In this document: positions 9,551 to 19,716 of the stretch, piece after piece | Layout of the letters: every line of letters starts with the position of its first letter | How positions within the stretch are numbered: position 1 is the stretch's first letter | Assembly: GCA_965541585.1 (NCBI GenBank) | Contig: CBEUCH010000002.1 | Coordinates: forward strand, 64,001 to 128,000 | Length of the DNA: 64,000 nt | Origin: an uncultured bacterium | GTDB lineage: Bacteria > Zixibacteria > MSB-5A5 > UBA10806 | Direction: 5' to 3' | Notes under the pieces: generated by a model | The model's input: only the letters and a program-made list of their open reading frames with translations | What the model was told of the DNA's origin: nothing | Database searches by the model: none | Position numbers and translations under genes: made by a program

Positions 9551-10030
9551 TTATCCGAGCTGCTTTACGAACAGCGGCTTCAGCCATTCGATTCCCAGGA
9601 CCATAACGAGGGTTACAATGATTCCCGCAATGATTACGCCGACCATGACCGCCAGCATGGAGCGTTTCCAGTCGAGATTGAAAAGCCAGGCGGCCACGCT
9701 TCCGGTATAGGCCCCGGTGATGGGCAATGGTATGGCGACGAAGATGGTCACGCCCCAGAAACCGTAATTATCGATCAGCCGGGCAGTTCTTTTTCGAACG
9801 CTTCTTTCGAACCAATCGAACGCCGTTTGATAGATAGATATTTTATACAGCAACCGATGGATCGTATTCAAAAAAACGAATACCATGGGCCCGACCAGGA
9901 AATTGGCAAGAACGCAGCCGGCATAGCTGGCCCATATCGGATATCCTCTCAGTAGCGCCAGGGGTATTCCACCCCTCAATTCCGAAATGGGAAGTATTGA
10001 AAGTATTAAAGCGTAAAGGTAATCGGACAT
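9551..10030 (-). CDS. Small multi-drug export family membrane protein (COG2426-like)
   Basis: LPISELRGGIP and FVAIPLPITGAYTG motifs; several transmembrane segments. Confidence 0.85.
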   Translation of the reverse strand: MSDYLYALILSILPISELRGGIPLALLRGYPIWASYAGCVLANFLVGPMVFVFLNTIHRLLYKISIYQTAFDWFERSVRKRTARLIDNYGFWGVTIFVAIPLPITGAYTGSVAAWLFNLDWKRSMLAVMVGVIIAGIIVTLVMVLGIEWLKPLFVKQLG

Positions 10031-10159
10031 TCGTTCGCTCCGGCATTAATTTTGAGGGGTGAAATTACGTTTTATCACTGATCGTGTCAACATAATACCC
10101 GTGGCTGGATATCGAAGCTGTGCAATTCAATTCAATGTGATTGTTGCCTGAATAGAGAT

Positions 10160-10192
10160 AGCCCCGACCTAAAAGTAGGCAAGGTCGGGGCT
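10160..10192. terminator. Strong hairpin, probably terminating the minus-strand small ORF
   Basis: AGCCCCGACCT-N11-AGGTCGGGGCT perfect 11-bp stem. Confidence 0.55.
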
Positions 10193-10233
10193 TGAGGATA
10201 CCAGCGCCGACCGAGGCTGGGTAGCCCCGGTGG

Positions 10234-10344
10234 TTAATAGGTGGGAATTTTTATCAACATAATTGTTGTTGCCTCGGATAAATCTAAAGTAGATATGAAC
10301 AAGACAGTCGAAAGTTCGGCTGATGCTTTTTTGTACGGTCTCAT
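10234..10344 (-). CDS. Candidate 36-aa small protein (MRPYKKASAELSTVLFISTLDLSEATTIMLIKIPTY)
   Basis: ATG preceded by GGAGG, TTGACA upstream, hairpin downstream; below the ORF-track size cutoff. Confidence 0.45.
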   Translation of the reverse strand: MRPYKKASAELSTVLFISTLDLSEATTIMLIKIPTY

Positions 10345-10624
10345 CTAACCTCCGGACTTGCCTGTGTCTAAGAATCTAATTCTGTAGCCAATACCTAATT
10401 AATGGTCTGTGATATTTTTGTCAATAGAAAAATGACTTATATCGATGATTCGAGCAAAAAAAAGGTATCGGCAACAATTAAGAAATGAAAGACATTTTGA
10501 ATCATTTGCCAGCCCTGATGCCCCGATCTTCATGCGTCAAAAAAACTTACAGGTCACCCGATTTGATTTTGTCGTCTGCCGGGGGGCTTTGGATGGGATC
10601 TTACGGGATAAAAAGATCTATTAT

Positions 10625-11044
10625 CTACCTGAAGAAAATTATCTTCCAGGTGTCGTCCGGCTGCCATTTAAGCTGCATCTTGGTGTATACCATGTGGCCG
10701 GAGGTCTTATCGATAAACGACACTTCGACCTCGGCCAGGGTATCGGCAACGAAAGCCTCGTTGACCAGTATCTGCTGCCTCAGCCATCGCGAGCGGGTGT
10801 CGCCGTCGCCCAGAAGCGATTGGATGGTTTTTTGACGTTGCTCGGATATTGCCAGGGCGGAATCTTCCGGCGACATTTCCATCAGGTGGGATAAAACATA
10901 GGCATCAACATCGAGAGTATTGACCAGGCCCAGCGAATCCGAGACCATGACAGCCTCGAGAAAATCAAAAACCACATTTTTAGGGTCCGGTTTACCCGAA
11001 CAGGCGATTAAGGCCATCGCGAAAATAATGTATAGCTTGCGCAT
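10625..11044 (-). CDS. Hypothetical lipoprotein, possibly NTF2-like/DUF4878-like
   Basis: Lipobox LIAC; PKNVVFDFLEA start and WKI end, typical of NTF2-like lipoproteins. Confidence 0.6.
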   Translation of the reverse strand: MRKLYIIFAMALIACSGKPDPKNVVFDFLEAVMVSDSLGLVNTLDVDAYVLSHLMEMSPEDSALAISEQRQKTIQSLLGDGDTRSRWLRQQILVNEAFVADTLAEVEVSFIDKTSGHMVYTKMQLKWQPDDTWKIIFFR

Positions 11045-11333
11045 GTTAATATCATACCATTCGGGTATAGAATGTGCAATGAGTAAATGACAATTTTGCT
11101 TCTCAGAAAGCCTTCAACCACCGGTGCATTCTCCGGTCGACAACGAGCCCGATTCGGCGACATGAAACGTCTGGATGACTTAACGTCCACTTAATATGCC
11201 CTTGACGGCCTATGATAAAGTCATATATTTAGTATTGGCAAAGCAATATTAGGTTGCTTTCAATGCTCTTCATATCAGGCGATCACGCAATCGGCGTTTC
11301 CAGATAAGGAAAGTTTTTCGCGAGGAGGATGCC

Positions 11334-13454
11334 ATGAATCGATTACGATCCTTGATGGTTCTGGTATTAGCGATCTTGTGCGTTAATATGCTAACGCCCC
11401 TGAGCACCATTGCTCAGAACGTGGAATATGTCGGCTCGGCGCTGTGGAGCGGAATATGGGATTCGCAGATTATAGGAGATTACGCCTACTGCGCTTTCAC
11501 AAACGGCCTGGTCATTATGGATATCTCTAACCCTGCCGACCCCGTTGTTGTCAGCCAATTATATTATTATGGTGGGACTTACCATATTTTTGCGGCAGGC
11601 GGCTATGCCTACCTGACCAGTTTTGGAACCGAATTGAGAATTGTGGATATCAGCGATCCGGAAGAACCTTTTTTGACGGGGAGTATGGAAATCGCGTATT
11701 CCCATTCCGATGTATTTGTTTCCGGAGATTACTTGTATTTAGCTGAAAACGATTTGGGATTATATAGATTTCTTATAATAGATATATCCGACCGTTCAAA
11801 CCCGATATTGTCGGGAAGCTGTGAGATAGGCGATAATGGCAGAAGAGTTTTTGTGTTCGGCGACTATGCCTTTATTGCTCAATGGTATTCCGGATTTGAA
11901 ATCGTTGATATTTCGGATCCCTCGAATCCAACTATTGTGGGAAATTATGATACGCCACACAGAGTCTACAAAATCTTCGTTCGGGAGAATTACGCCTATG
12001 CGGCGGACGACAGTACAGGGCTTTTGATTGTCGACATATCCGATCCCTTTCATCCGGCGCTTACGGGAATCTGCGATACTCCGGGGCAGGCTAAAGATGT
12101 CTTCGTTTCCGACGACTACGCCTATGTTGCCGATGCAGGTTCGGGATTCCAGATTATAGATATCATCGATCCTGAGAACCCGGTGCTGGTTGGAAGCCAT
12201 GAGACGCCGAATACATGCTGGGATGTATACGTCTCGGATGCGCATGCCTATCTGGGATGCAACTCGCAGGAGTCGTCCAATATACAGATAATAGACGTCT
12301 CCGTTCCGTCAAACCCAACCTGGGTCGGGAGTCATAATACCTCGACTTATATTATCGGTGTTTATGTGGTTGACAGTTATGCGTACATGATCGCCCGTCA
12401 CGACGGTCTCATGATAGTCGATATCTCCGACCCGACGGATCCGATATTAACGGGAAGTTTAGATACCCCTGGATGGGCAAGGAGTATTTGTGTCTCCGGC
12501 AATTACGCCTATATACCCGAAGCGGCTGACGGGCTTCAGATTATCGATATCTCCGATCCGGAAGACCCAGTGCAGACCGGCAACTACAATACCCCCGAAA
12601 CCTATGTCGGGGATGTTTTTGTTTCCGGCAATTACGCCTACATGGCTTCCGGAGGTATTAAAATACTCGATATCTCCGATCCTTCGGACCCTGTACTGGT
12701 GGGAAGTAATGATGATCCGCCGATCCCTGTGAATATTCTTGTCTCCGGTGACTACGCTTATGTGACGGACTTGAACGGCAACCTGTTTATAATGGATGTT
12801 TCCGATCCTACTTCCCCCGCCTTCGTGGGAAACTGTGAAACCTACGGCGAACCGACAGGTATATTCGTTTCAGGTAATTACGCTTATGTTTCTGTTTTTC
12901 ATGGTTTACAGGTAATCGATATCTCCGACCCCTCGAGTCCCGGAGTGATCGGAAGCTATCATAGCTGGGATTACCATTATGATTTATTTATTCAGAATGA
13001 TTTCGCGTATCTCTCCGGAGAGCCCGGGCTTTCGGTTCTAAATATCTCCAATCCATCGAACCCGGTATTGGCAGCCAGCTATGAAACTCCTGAATCCGGA
13101 TGGGAGGTTTTCTGCATAGATGATCTTATTTTCATAGCCGATTTCAATTCTTTGATGGTCCTCCGTTTCGAGCCGCCTTTGAGCGACTGCGTTTACCTCC
13201 CGGGCGATATCGACCATAACGGGGTGGCATTAGAGCTCGGCGACATGGTCGCGATGATCGGCATCTACAGGGGCGCGGTGGGGCCGGCTTACACCTGCGA
13301 TTGCCCGCCCCACGGAGCGGATTTCCCCCCGGGGGCTGACCCGAATGGCAACTGCGTGCCTTCTGAACTGCCGGACGTGGTCACCGAGATTGCGGCTTAT
13401 AGAGGAATGGGGGACGTATCCGGATGTCCTGATTGCCCGGGCTTAAGGAGGTAG
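11334..13454 (+). CDS. Secreted LVIVD-repeat beta-propeller protein with a C-terminal Cys-rich dockerin-like domain
   Basis: Signal peptide; many ~42-aa repeats V.VSG.YAY....GL.I.DISDP..P...G; C-terminal paired loops GDIDHNG...GDMV and ADPNGNC...PDVV. Confidence 0.85.
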   Translation: MNRLRSLMVLVLAILCVNMLTPLSTIAQNVEYVGSALWSGIWDSQIIGDYAYCAFTNGLVIMDISNPADPVVVSQLYYYGGTYHIFAAGGYAYLTSFGTELRIVDISDPEEPFLTGSMEIAYSHSDVFVSGDYLYLAENDLGLYRFLIIDISDRSNPILSGSCEIGDNGRRVFVFGDYAFIAQWYSGFEIVDISDPSNPTIVGNYDTPHRVYKIFVRENYAYAADDSTGLLIVDISDPFHPALTGICDTPGQAKDVFVSDDYAYVADAGSGFQIIDIIDPENPVLVGSHETPNTCWDVYVSDAHAYLGCNSQESSNIQIIDVSVPSNPTWVGSHNTSTYIIGVYVVDSYAYMIARHDGLMIVDISDPTDPILTGSLDTPGWARSICVSGNYAYIPEAADGLQIIDISDPEDPVQTGNYNTPETYVGDVFVSGNYAYMASGGIKILDISDPSDPVLVGSNDDPPIPVNILVSGDYAYVTDLNGNLFIMDVSDPTSPAFVGNCETYGEPTGIFVSGNYAYVSVFHGLQVIDISDPSSPGVIGSYHSWDYHYDLFIQNDFAYLSGEPGLSVLNISNPSNPVLAASYETPESGWEVFCIDDLIFIADFNSLMVLRFEPPLSDCVYLPGDIDHNGVALELGDMVAMIGIYRGAVGPAYTCDCPPHGADFPPGADPNGNCVPSELPDVVTEIAAYRGMGDVSGCPDCPGLRR

Positions 13455-13547
13455 TTGCTGGTAGCGCTTCACAGAAAACCAGCATCATGTCTGGAAGGCG
13501 TCTGATAAGGCAACCGGATGCAGTAGAGGCAAAGCGATAACGAAAAA

Positions 13548-14330
13548 TTATCCCGCTCTTACACTCCTCAAAACATCCAGCATCTGCGCATGTATCAGCC
13601 CGTTCGATGCCAGGATCTCACCCTTGAAAAAATCGCATTCTCCGCCGGTCCACGATGAAACTTTTCCGCCTGCTTCTTTAATCAGTAATATACCGGCTGC
13701 GACATCCCAGGGCGCCAGTTTGAACTCCCAGAAACCGTCGAACCGCCCGCAGGCTACGTACGCCGTATCCAGCGCCGCCGAACCGGCGCGCCTGACAGCC
13801 CGGGCCGACGTGGCAAAGGCTGCAAACTCCCTCAAGTTGTTATCATCGGATTCCCGTATATCATAGGGGAAGCCGGTAGCCAGAAGCGAATCATCCAGAC
13901 ACTCGGTTCTGGAGACAGCGATCCTCTCACCGTTCAGAAAAGCTCCCCTGCCGGGTTCGGCGGTGAAACATTCGTCGAGGTTGGGATTGTATATGCAGGC
14001 TGCGATTATTTCGTTACTCCTCAAAAGTGCGATTGAAACGCAATAAACAGGAAATCCGTGAGCGTAGTTGGTTGTGGCATCGAGCGGATCGACCAGCCAG
14101 AGGTATTCGGAATCCGTGCCGGATTCGGTGCCCTCTTCGGCCCTGAAGCCGTGATCCGGAAATTCGGATAAGATAATTTTCTTGATTAGCTCCTCCGACA
14201 GGCGGTCGACGTCGGTCACCAGATTGACCTGCCCTTTTTTCTCTATTTTCAGACTGCCGTGAAATCGTTCCGCCAATAATCTACCCGCCTCACGAGCAGC
14301 CCTTTCGGCTGAAATCAAGAAGTTACTCAT
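13548..14330 (-). CDS. suhB: Inositol monophosphatase family protein
   Basis: AEE, WLVDPLDATTNYAHG, RRAGSAALD and WDVAAGILLIKEAGG motifs. Confidence 0.9.
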   Translation of the reverse strand: MSNFLISAERAAREAGRLLAERFHGSLKIEKKGQVNLVTDVDRLSEELIKKIILSEFPDHGFRAEEGTESGTDSEYLWLVDPLDATTNYAHGFPVYCVSIALLRSNEIIAACIYNPNLDECFTAEPGRGAFLNGERIAVSRTECLDDSLLATGFPYDIRESDDNNLREFAAFATSARAVRRAGSAALDTAYVACGRFDGFWEFKLAPWDVAAGILLIKEAGGKVSSWTGGECDFFKGEILASNGLIHAQMLDVLRSVRAG

Positions 14331-16126
14331 GCCACCCTCTCTACCGCCTCCTGGTCCTTATATTGCAACTGGTAAAGGCGATGATAAATCCCGCCTAAAG
14401 CAAGCAGTTCGGAATGGGTTCCGATCTCTTTTATCATCCCCTTATGCAGGGCTATTATTCTATCGGAGTTCTTGATGGTTGACAGGCGATGGGCGATGAC
14501 GATGGATGTTCTTCCCACCAGGAGTTTCTCAAGCGCCTGTTGTATCAGGATCTCGGTCTCGGTGTCAACCGATGATGTGGCCTCGTCGAGTATTAAAATC
14601 CTGGGATCATAAGCGAGGGCTCGGGCGAATGCCAGCAGCTGTCTCTGCCCCAACGAGAGGTTAGCGCCGCGCTCGGTCAGAACATAATCTATCCCGCCAT
14701 CGAGTTTGCTCAAGAAACTATCGGCGCCGACGGTCTTTAAAGATTGAATGATCTCCTCATCAGATATTTCTTTGTTCCCCAGCCTGACATTGCGAGCGAT
14801 ATTACCGGAAAACATGAAAATATCCTGCAGGACAAGCGCGAAATTGTCTCTGTATTCCTTTAAAGGAAGGTTACGAATCGGAACGCCGTCGAGTTTTATA
14901 TCACCCTTTTGAAAATCATAGAACCGCAACAGCAGACTGATAAGAGATGTTTTGCCGGCGCCGGTCGATCCCACTACCGCTATTCTTTCGCCCGGCGTTA
15001 TTTCAAGATTGATATCTCTCAAAACCCATTCCTCGTCATTGTACGCGAACCAGAGATTCTCAAACTCGAGCCCGCCCTTTACAGAATCTGTTCGCCCCCG
15101 TTCCCGGGGATGGGTGACTTCCGCCTCTTTATCCAGGAGCTTGAATATCCTCTCCGAGGACGCCATAGCCTGCTGAAGAATATTGTATTTCTCGGATAGG
15201 TCTTTTATGGGGCGGAAGAACAACTCGGCATAATAGATGAAAGCTACCATCGCTCCAAGGGTTAGAGTCTCCCTGATAACCTGGCTGCCGCCATACCAGA
15301 TGATCAGCGCCACACTGACCGCACTCAGAAGCTCAACCACCGGAAGAAAAATGGAAAAATAAAGAACTGATTTCAGATGATTGTCTTTGAGATCGCTGTT
15401 TATAGTATCGAATTTCTCGAACGTCCTCTTTTCCGCGGCGAAACTTTGTATTACCCACATCCCGGAGATATGTTCCTGCAGGAAGGCGTTCACCTTTGCT
15501 ACTCTGGTTCTGATTCGTCTGAATGATTTCCTGACCTTTGTGCGGAAAATTATGGTGGCGATGAAAATCACGGGAACCACGACCATAGTGACCAAGGCCA
15601 GTTTCCAGTTTAGATGGAACATCATCGCAATGATTCCGAACAGGAGGATAATATCTCCGAATATGGCAACTACTCCCGATGCAAACAGTTCATTCAATGC
15701 CTGGACATCGCTGGTCGTGCGGGTCACCAACCGTCCCACGGGATTTCTATCGAAGAACGACAGTCCCAGATGCTCGATATGTGAAAATATCTTCATCCTG
15801 AGATCATACATGGTTTTCTGTCCCACCCATTGCATGATATATATCTGGAAATATTGCATGCAAAACTGGGCGACCAGAATCCCTGTGTACAGCCCGACAA
15901 TAATGGCCAGCCCTGGCAGATCTTTCGTCATGATATGATCGTCGATTGCGATCATCATCAGAATTGGTCCCGCAAGCTGTGCCAGGATGGTGCCGATCAA
16001 AAGTATAGTCGCCAGCGCTATGTGGAGTCTGTAAGGTTTTAGATAAACGAGCAGCCGTTTTGTCAGGCGAGCATCATAGGCCTTGCCGAGTATCTCTTCT
16101 TCCTGTCCGTATCCTTCATGAGCCAT
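14327..16126 (-). CDS. ABC exporter, fused permease and ATP-binding subunit
   Basis: N-terminal six-TM region; Walker A GSTGAGKT, signature LSLGQRQ, Walker B ILDEATS, IAHRLST. Confidence 0.95.
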   Translation of the reverse strand: MAHEGYGQEEEILGKAYDARLTKRLLVYLKPYRLHIALATILLIGTILAQLAGPILMMIAIDDHIMTKDLPGLAIIVGLYTGILVAQFCMQYFQIYIMQWVGQKTMYDLRMKIFSHIEHLGLSFFDRNPVGRLVTRTTSDVQALNELFASGVVAIFGDIILLFGIIAMMFHLNWKLALVTMVVVPVIFIATIIFRTKVRKSFRRIRTRVAKVNAFLQEHISGMWVIQSFAAEKRTFEKFDTINSDLKDNHLKSVLYFSIFLPVVELLSAVSVALIIWYGGSQVIRETLTLGAMVAFIYYAELFFRPIKDLSEKYNILQQAMASSERIFKLLDKEAEVTHPRERGRTDSVKGGLEFENLWFAYNDEEWVLRDINLEITPGERIAVVGSTGAGKTSLISLLLRFYDFQKGDIKLDGVPIRNLPLKEYRDNFALVLQDIFMFSGNIARNVRLGNKEISDEEIIQSLKTVGADSFLSKLDGGIDYVLTERGANLSLGQRQLLAFARALAYDPRILILDEATSSVDTETEILIQQALEKLLVGRTSIVIAHRLSTIKNSDRIIALHKGMIKEIGTHSELLALGGIYHRLYQLQYKDQEAVERVA

Positions 16127-16144
16127 CAGAAATCCCGGGTGTCT

Positions 16145-16564
16145 TCAATCTTTGTTAAGATAGTAGGTAACGAGCGCTTTTGCGATAAGGGTATTGTCAG
16201 CCTTCCTGACTTCTACCTCTCCCACAGCTGTCCTTCTACCCTTATGGATAATCTTAGCGTCGGCAAAAATATCATCGTCGGCCGGCGCTATGAAATTGAC
16301 TTTTAGCTCGACTGTCAGCATATCCTCACCGCCGTCGATCATAGTGGCCAGCGCAAACGCCACGCTGGAATCGCACAAGGCCGAGATTACGCCGCCATGA
16401 AGATACCCTGCCCCCTGCGTCAGATCATCCCGGTGCTTGACCGTGAGCCGTGCGGTCCCGTATTCCAGCTTCTCTATTTCGAACCCCACCAGCGCGGGGA
16501 AGGGAAATTTCGGGAATTCGGCCCTGATCCGGGTTTCTTTTTGGGCGCTCAGTTTTCCAGGCAT
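16145..16564 (-). CDS. PaaI family thioesterase
   Basis: GYLHGGVISALCD and TVELKVNFIAP hotdog-fold motifs; start placed at the ATG at 16564 (the ORF extends to 16642). Confidence 0.85.
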   Translation of the reverse strand: MPGKLSAQKETRIRAEFPKFPFPALVGFEIEKLEYGTARLTVKHRDDLTQGAGYLHGGVISALCDSSVAFALATMIDGGEDMLTVELKVNFIAPADDDIFADAKIIHKGRRTAVGEVEVRKADNTLIAKALVTYYLNKD

Positions 16565-16974
16565 GGAGGCCAATATATATCTATGACGAACAAAGTCAAT
16601 TCGTTTGGGACAGGGCCCGCTAATTGAATCTATAACGACCATGATGTAAGCCCCAGGCGTTTTCGCCGGGAATATAATCCGGAAACAAATGCTGCTGGAG
16701 ACGTAAAAGAAGGTAAAGAAGCCGATGAATCAGGTCGGAAAGTCGTAGTCACTGAGGAGACGTTTTTTGCCGTCCTGCAGGTTAAATGATTGTGGCCATA
16801 ATGGAGGTAGTTTGATCCTCATCTCAAATATAAGACCATGCAATCCAACTCAACCAATTTATCATTGACACGTAATTATGATGGCAGATATGTTATGGTA
16901 TTGACACATAATTAATGTTCGGTTTTAAGACAATGCGGGAGCAGGCATCTCGATGAACGGAATGGAGGTTTAAG

Positions 16975-18216
16975 ATGATTCGTTTTAATCTATTCTTCGT
17001 TATTTTAATCTGTGCTTTTGTCGTATTGAATTGTGCAGATAAACCTTTGGTGAGTCTCGATGAAGGCCTGGCGCTCTATCGTCAGAATATGCTCGAAGAG
17101 GCCCTTCCCATTTTTGAACGAGTTGTCGAGCAGGATAAAAACAACCCGGATGCTCTGGCCTGGCTGGCGGAGACATACCGTCGCCTTGGCCGGTTCGATG
17201 AGGCGGTTGAATTTGCGGAGAAGGCGATCGAAATCGATCCCTGCAACAGCTTCAGCCATACCATAATGGCAGACGCATGCAATCCTATGTATAGCCCTTG
17301 GGAAAAGGCAGACAGGGATAAAGCCTGGAGTCACCTGCTAAAGGCGGTGGAATGCGATTCCACCGACGGCAATGCCTGGCTCTCCATCTGGACAGAGGCA
17401 ATATACCGCGGTGATCGGAAGCTGCAAAAGAAAGCGCTGCGATCTTTTATTGAAACGGGATTCTTAACGCCGGCAATACTTGCGTACAATCGCTGGATGT
17501 TACGGCATGTTCCGAAGAATGCTATTCTTCTGACAAACGGTGATATGGATACTTATCCAGCAATCGCTGTTCAGGAAGTCGAAAATTTCAGAACCGATGT
17601 GGCTATCGTAAACTACTCTCTGCTCAACACTCCCTGGTATGCGAAGTTCGTGTGCGACAAATATGGGATACAACTCCCCTTTCCGGATAGCCAGCTTGAT
17701 TCACTTAAACCTTATAGAGCCGAGGACGGAACGCTGATGACAACGGCGACTCAGATAATGAAAGCCTGGCTGGAAGAGCGGAGAAGCGGTGCACTCGCTA
17801 ACCCGATCGCCATAGCGGTCACTGTCTCCGATTTGAGCTTTGTGGGTGATTCTCGGGATCATCTTGTGATGATGGGAGCATTTCATTTATGGCAGCCGGC
17901 CCCTGCGAAAAATCCCGTAGATATGATAATGTTGAAAAAAAGTCTTGCCGGTATCGACCCCGATGAATTCGCCGGATCGTTAGCGAGCGCTCAGGATCGC
18001 AGTTCAGTGAGAATCGCCGGCACGAATCGGGTAGTCACGAATATTACCGAGATGGCTTTAGGTTATAGCAAAGGGCTTCTGGAATCCGGGAACTATCTGG
18101 AAGCGTATGAAACGCTGGCCTGGGCCGAGCAGTTTGAGAATACGACCGAATTGGGTCCATGTCTTTCCGAGCAGATAGAACCGTTGAAGGAAATTGCACG
18201 ACAGCAGATGAAATAA
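16975..18216 (+). CDS. TPR lipoprotein with a C-terminal domain resembling the soluble part of DUF2723 proteins
   Basis: Signal ending LNC; TPR repeats; ILLTNGDMDTYP...QEVENFRTDVAIVNYSLLNTPWY motif. Confidence 0.65.
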   Translation: MIRFNLFFVILICAFVVLNCADKPLVSLDEGLALYRQNMLEEALPIFERVVEQDKNNPDALAWLAETYRRLGRFDEAVEFAEKAIEIDPCNSFSHTIMADACNPMYSPWEKADRDKAWSHLLKAVECDSTDGNAWLSIWTEAIYRGDRKLQKKALRSFIETGFLTPAILAYNRWMLRHVPKNAILLTNGDMDTYPAIAVQEVENFRTDVAIVNYSLLNTPWYAKFVCDKYGIQLPFPDSQLDSLKPYRAEDGTLMTTATQIMKAWLEERRSGALANPIAIAVTVSDLSFVGDSRDHLVMMGAFHLWQPAPAKNPVDMIMLKKSLAGIDPDEFAGSLASAQDRSSVRIAGTNRVVTNITEMALGYSKGLLESGNYLEAYETLAWAEQFENTTELGPCLSEQIEPLKEIARQQMK

Positions 18217-18523
18217 AAAATAGCGACGGTTGCAGGGATTATTGATTTATTCCTGAATCATCTCCATCTCATCTCTGATGGGGATGCCGTCGACATCGAT
18301 TTGCGGTATCTCTCTGACAACGTATTTATCCATGCGAACGAATCCTCATAATACATAGCAATATACTTTTCACTGTGGAAAAGAGCAATTGCTGTCGTTC
18401 AAGCGATCATTGCGGTAAGGGGTATCGCTTTATAATCCGTTGTTATTAAAACGGTTATAATTTCCGGCGATTTTCATTTGAAAAAGGTTTGTTTTTTTGA
18501 AACCTCGGGTATATATTGACGTA

Positions 18524-18559
18524 TAAGAATTATCAGAAATTACGGATTTTTCAGGATAA
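18524..18559 (+). promoter_or_regulatory. Four 9-bp imperfect direct repeats, a putative operator
   Basis: taagaatta-tcagaaatt-acggatttt-tcaggataa directly upstream of the RBS of the AbrB-fold gene. Confidence 0.5.
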
Positions 18560-18574
18560 ATGGAGGAAACTGAC

Positions 18575-18853
18575 ATGGCCGGTAAGAGGAAAAAGAAATC
18601 AGCGGACTCATCGATATCTCGATCTCCCGGATGCTGCAATATCGAGTCCGTCGTAAATGTCGATGAGCGCGGCCAGATGGTCTTGCCCAAGGATTTGAGA
18701 GATAGAGCCGGGATCAATCCCGGTGACAAGCTGGCAATCGTAAGCTGGCAAAAAGACGGCGCCGTCTGTTGCCTGTCGTTGGTAAAGGTCGGAGAGTTTT
18801 CAGAGATGGTAAAGGATATGCTCGGTCCCATGATGACGGACATATCTAAATAA
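18575..18853 (+). CDS. AbrB/SpoVT-fold protein, HgcC-like (HgcAB-associated protein family)
   Basis: CCNIESVVNVDERGQMVLPKDLRDRAGINPGDKLA and a second CC pair (VCCLSLVK); GGAGG RBS before 18575. Confidence 0.75.
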   Translation: MAGKRKKKSADSSISRSPGCCNIESVVNVDERGQMVLPKDLRDRAGINPGDKLAIVSWQKDGAVCCLSLVKVGEFSEMVKDMLGPMMTDISK

Positions 18854-18872
18854 TAAAAAAGAGGAGTCAATC

Positions 18873-19709
18873 ATGAAAGATTCGGAGATTAAAAAAGCGG
18901 TCAGGGAAGGCTACGCCAAGGCGGCCGAACAAGGATGCGGCTGTGGACCGGTTGACTCATCATGTTGTGGGGATGCCACTAAAGTAGAGAAGATCAGCGA
19001 GGGGATCGGGTATTCCGGCGAAGAGATGGGTGCGGTTCCCGATGGAGCCAACCTGGGTCTCGGATGCGGCAACCCCACGGCACTGGCGTCGCTAAAGGAA
19101 GGCGAAACTGTGCTTGATCTGGGCTCCGGCGCTGGTTTCGATTGTTTTCTGGCAGCCAGAAAGGTCGGCAACGCAGGCAAGGTGATCGGCGTCGATATGA
19201 CGCCGGAGATGATCGATAAGGCCAGGGCCAACGCTCAAAAAGGTGGATTTGATAATGTCGAATTTCGTCTGGGCGAAATCGAAAATCTGCCTGCTGCCGA
19301 CGGACATGTCGATGTCGTTATCTCGAACTGCGTGATAAACCTGGCGCCCGATAAAGACAGGGTCTTTTCCGAGGGTTTCAGGGTGCTGAAGCCGGGCGGC
19401 CGCATGATGATATCCGATATTGTACTCTTAAGAGAACTTCCGAAGCAGATTAAAGACTCGGTCGACGCTTATGTAGGATGCATATCGGGTTCCATCATGA
19501 AAGATGCCTACCTGTGCAAGATCGAGGAGGCAGGCTTTGTCGATATAGTGATAATGGCGGAGAAATCGTTTCCACTGGAGCTTCTGGCTAACGATCCGAC
19601 CGCAACTGCGATTATCAAGGAGTCTGGCATGACAGCGGATGAATTAGCAGAGCAGGCGGCCGATACGGTTGCCAGTATAAGCATCTCCGCCAAAAAGCCC
19701 CGGCCCTGA
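18873..19709 (+). CDS. arsM: Arsenite S-adenosylmethionine methyltransferase
   Basis: Cys-rich N-terminus; NLGLGCGNP, LDLGSGAGFD, VISNCVINL and YVGCISG motifs. Confidence 0.92.
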   Translation: MKDSEIKKAVREGYAKAAEQGCGCGPVDSSCCGDATKVEKISEGIGYSGEEMGAVPDGANLGLGCGNPTALASLKEGETVLDLGSGAGFDCFLAARKVGNAGKVIGVDMTPEMIDKARANAQKGGFDNVEFRLGEIENLPAADGHVDVVISNCVINLAPDKDRVFSEGFRVLKPGGRMMISDIVLLRELPKQIKDSVDAYVGCISGSIMKDAYLCKIEEAGFVDIVIMAEKSFPLELLANDPTATAIIKESGMTADELAEQAADTVASISISAKKPRP

Positions 19710-19716
19710 CCGGCGG

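Noticed and set aside
10445..10894. 149-aa plus-strand ORF
   Set aside because: It is a shadow of the better-supported minus-strand lipoprotein at 10625-11044.
16700..16790. Hammerhead-like ribozyme suggested by CTGAGGAG / CCGATGA
   Set aside because: I could not assemble three stems with a correctly placed GAAA core.
18575..19709. Mercury methylation locus
   Set aside because: No HgcA cap-helix motif and no hgcB ferredoxin is adjacent; only the HgcC-like gene and arsM are present.
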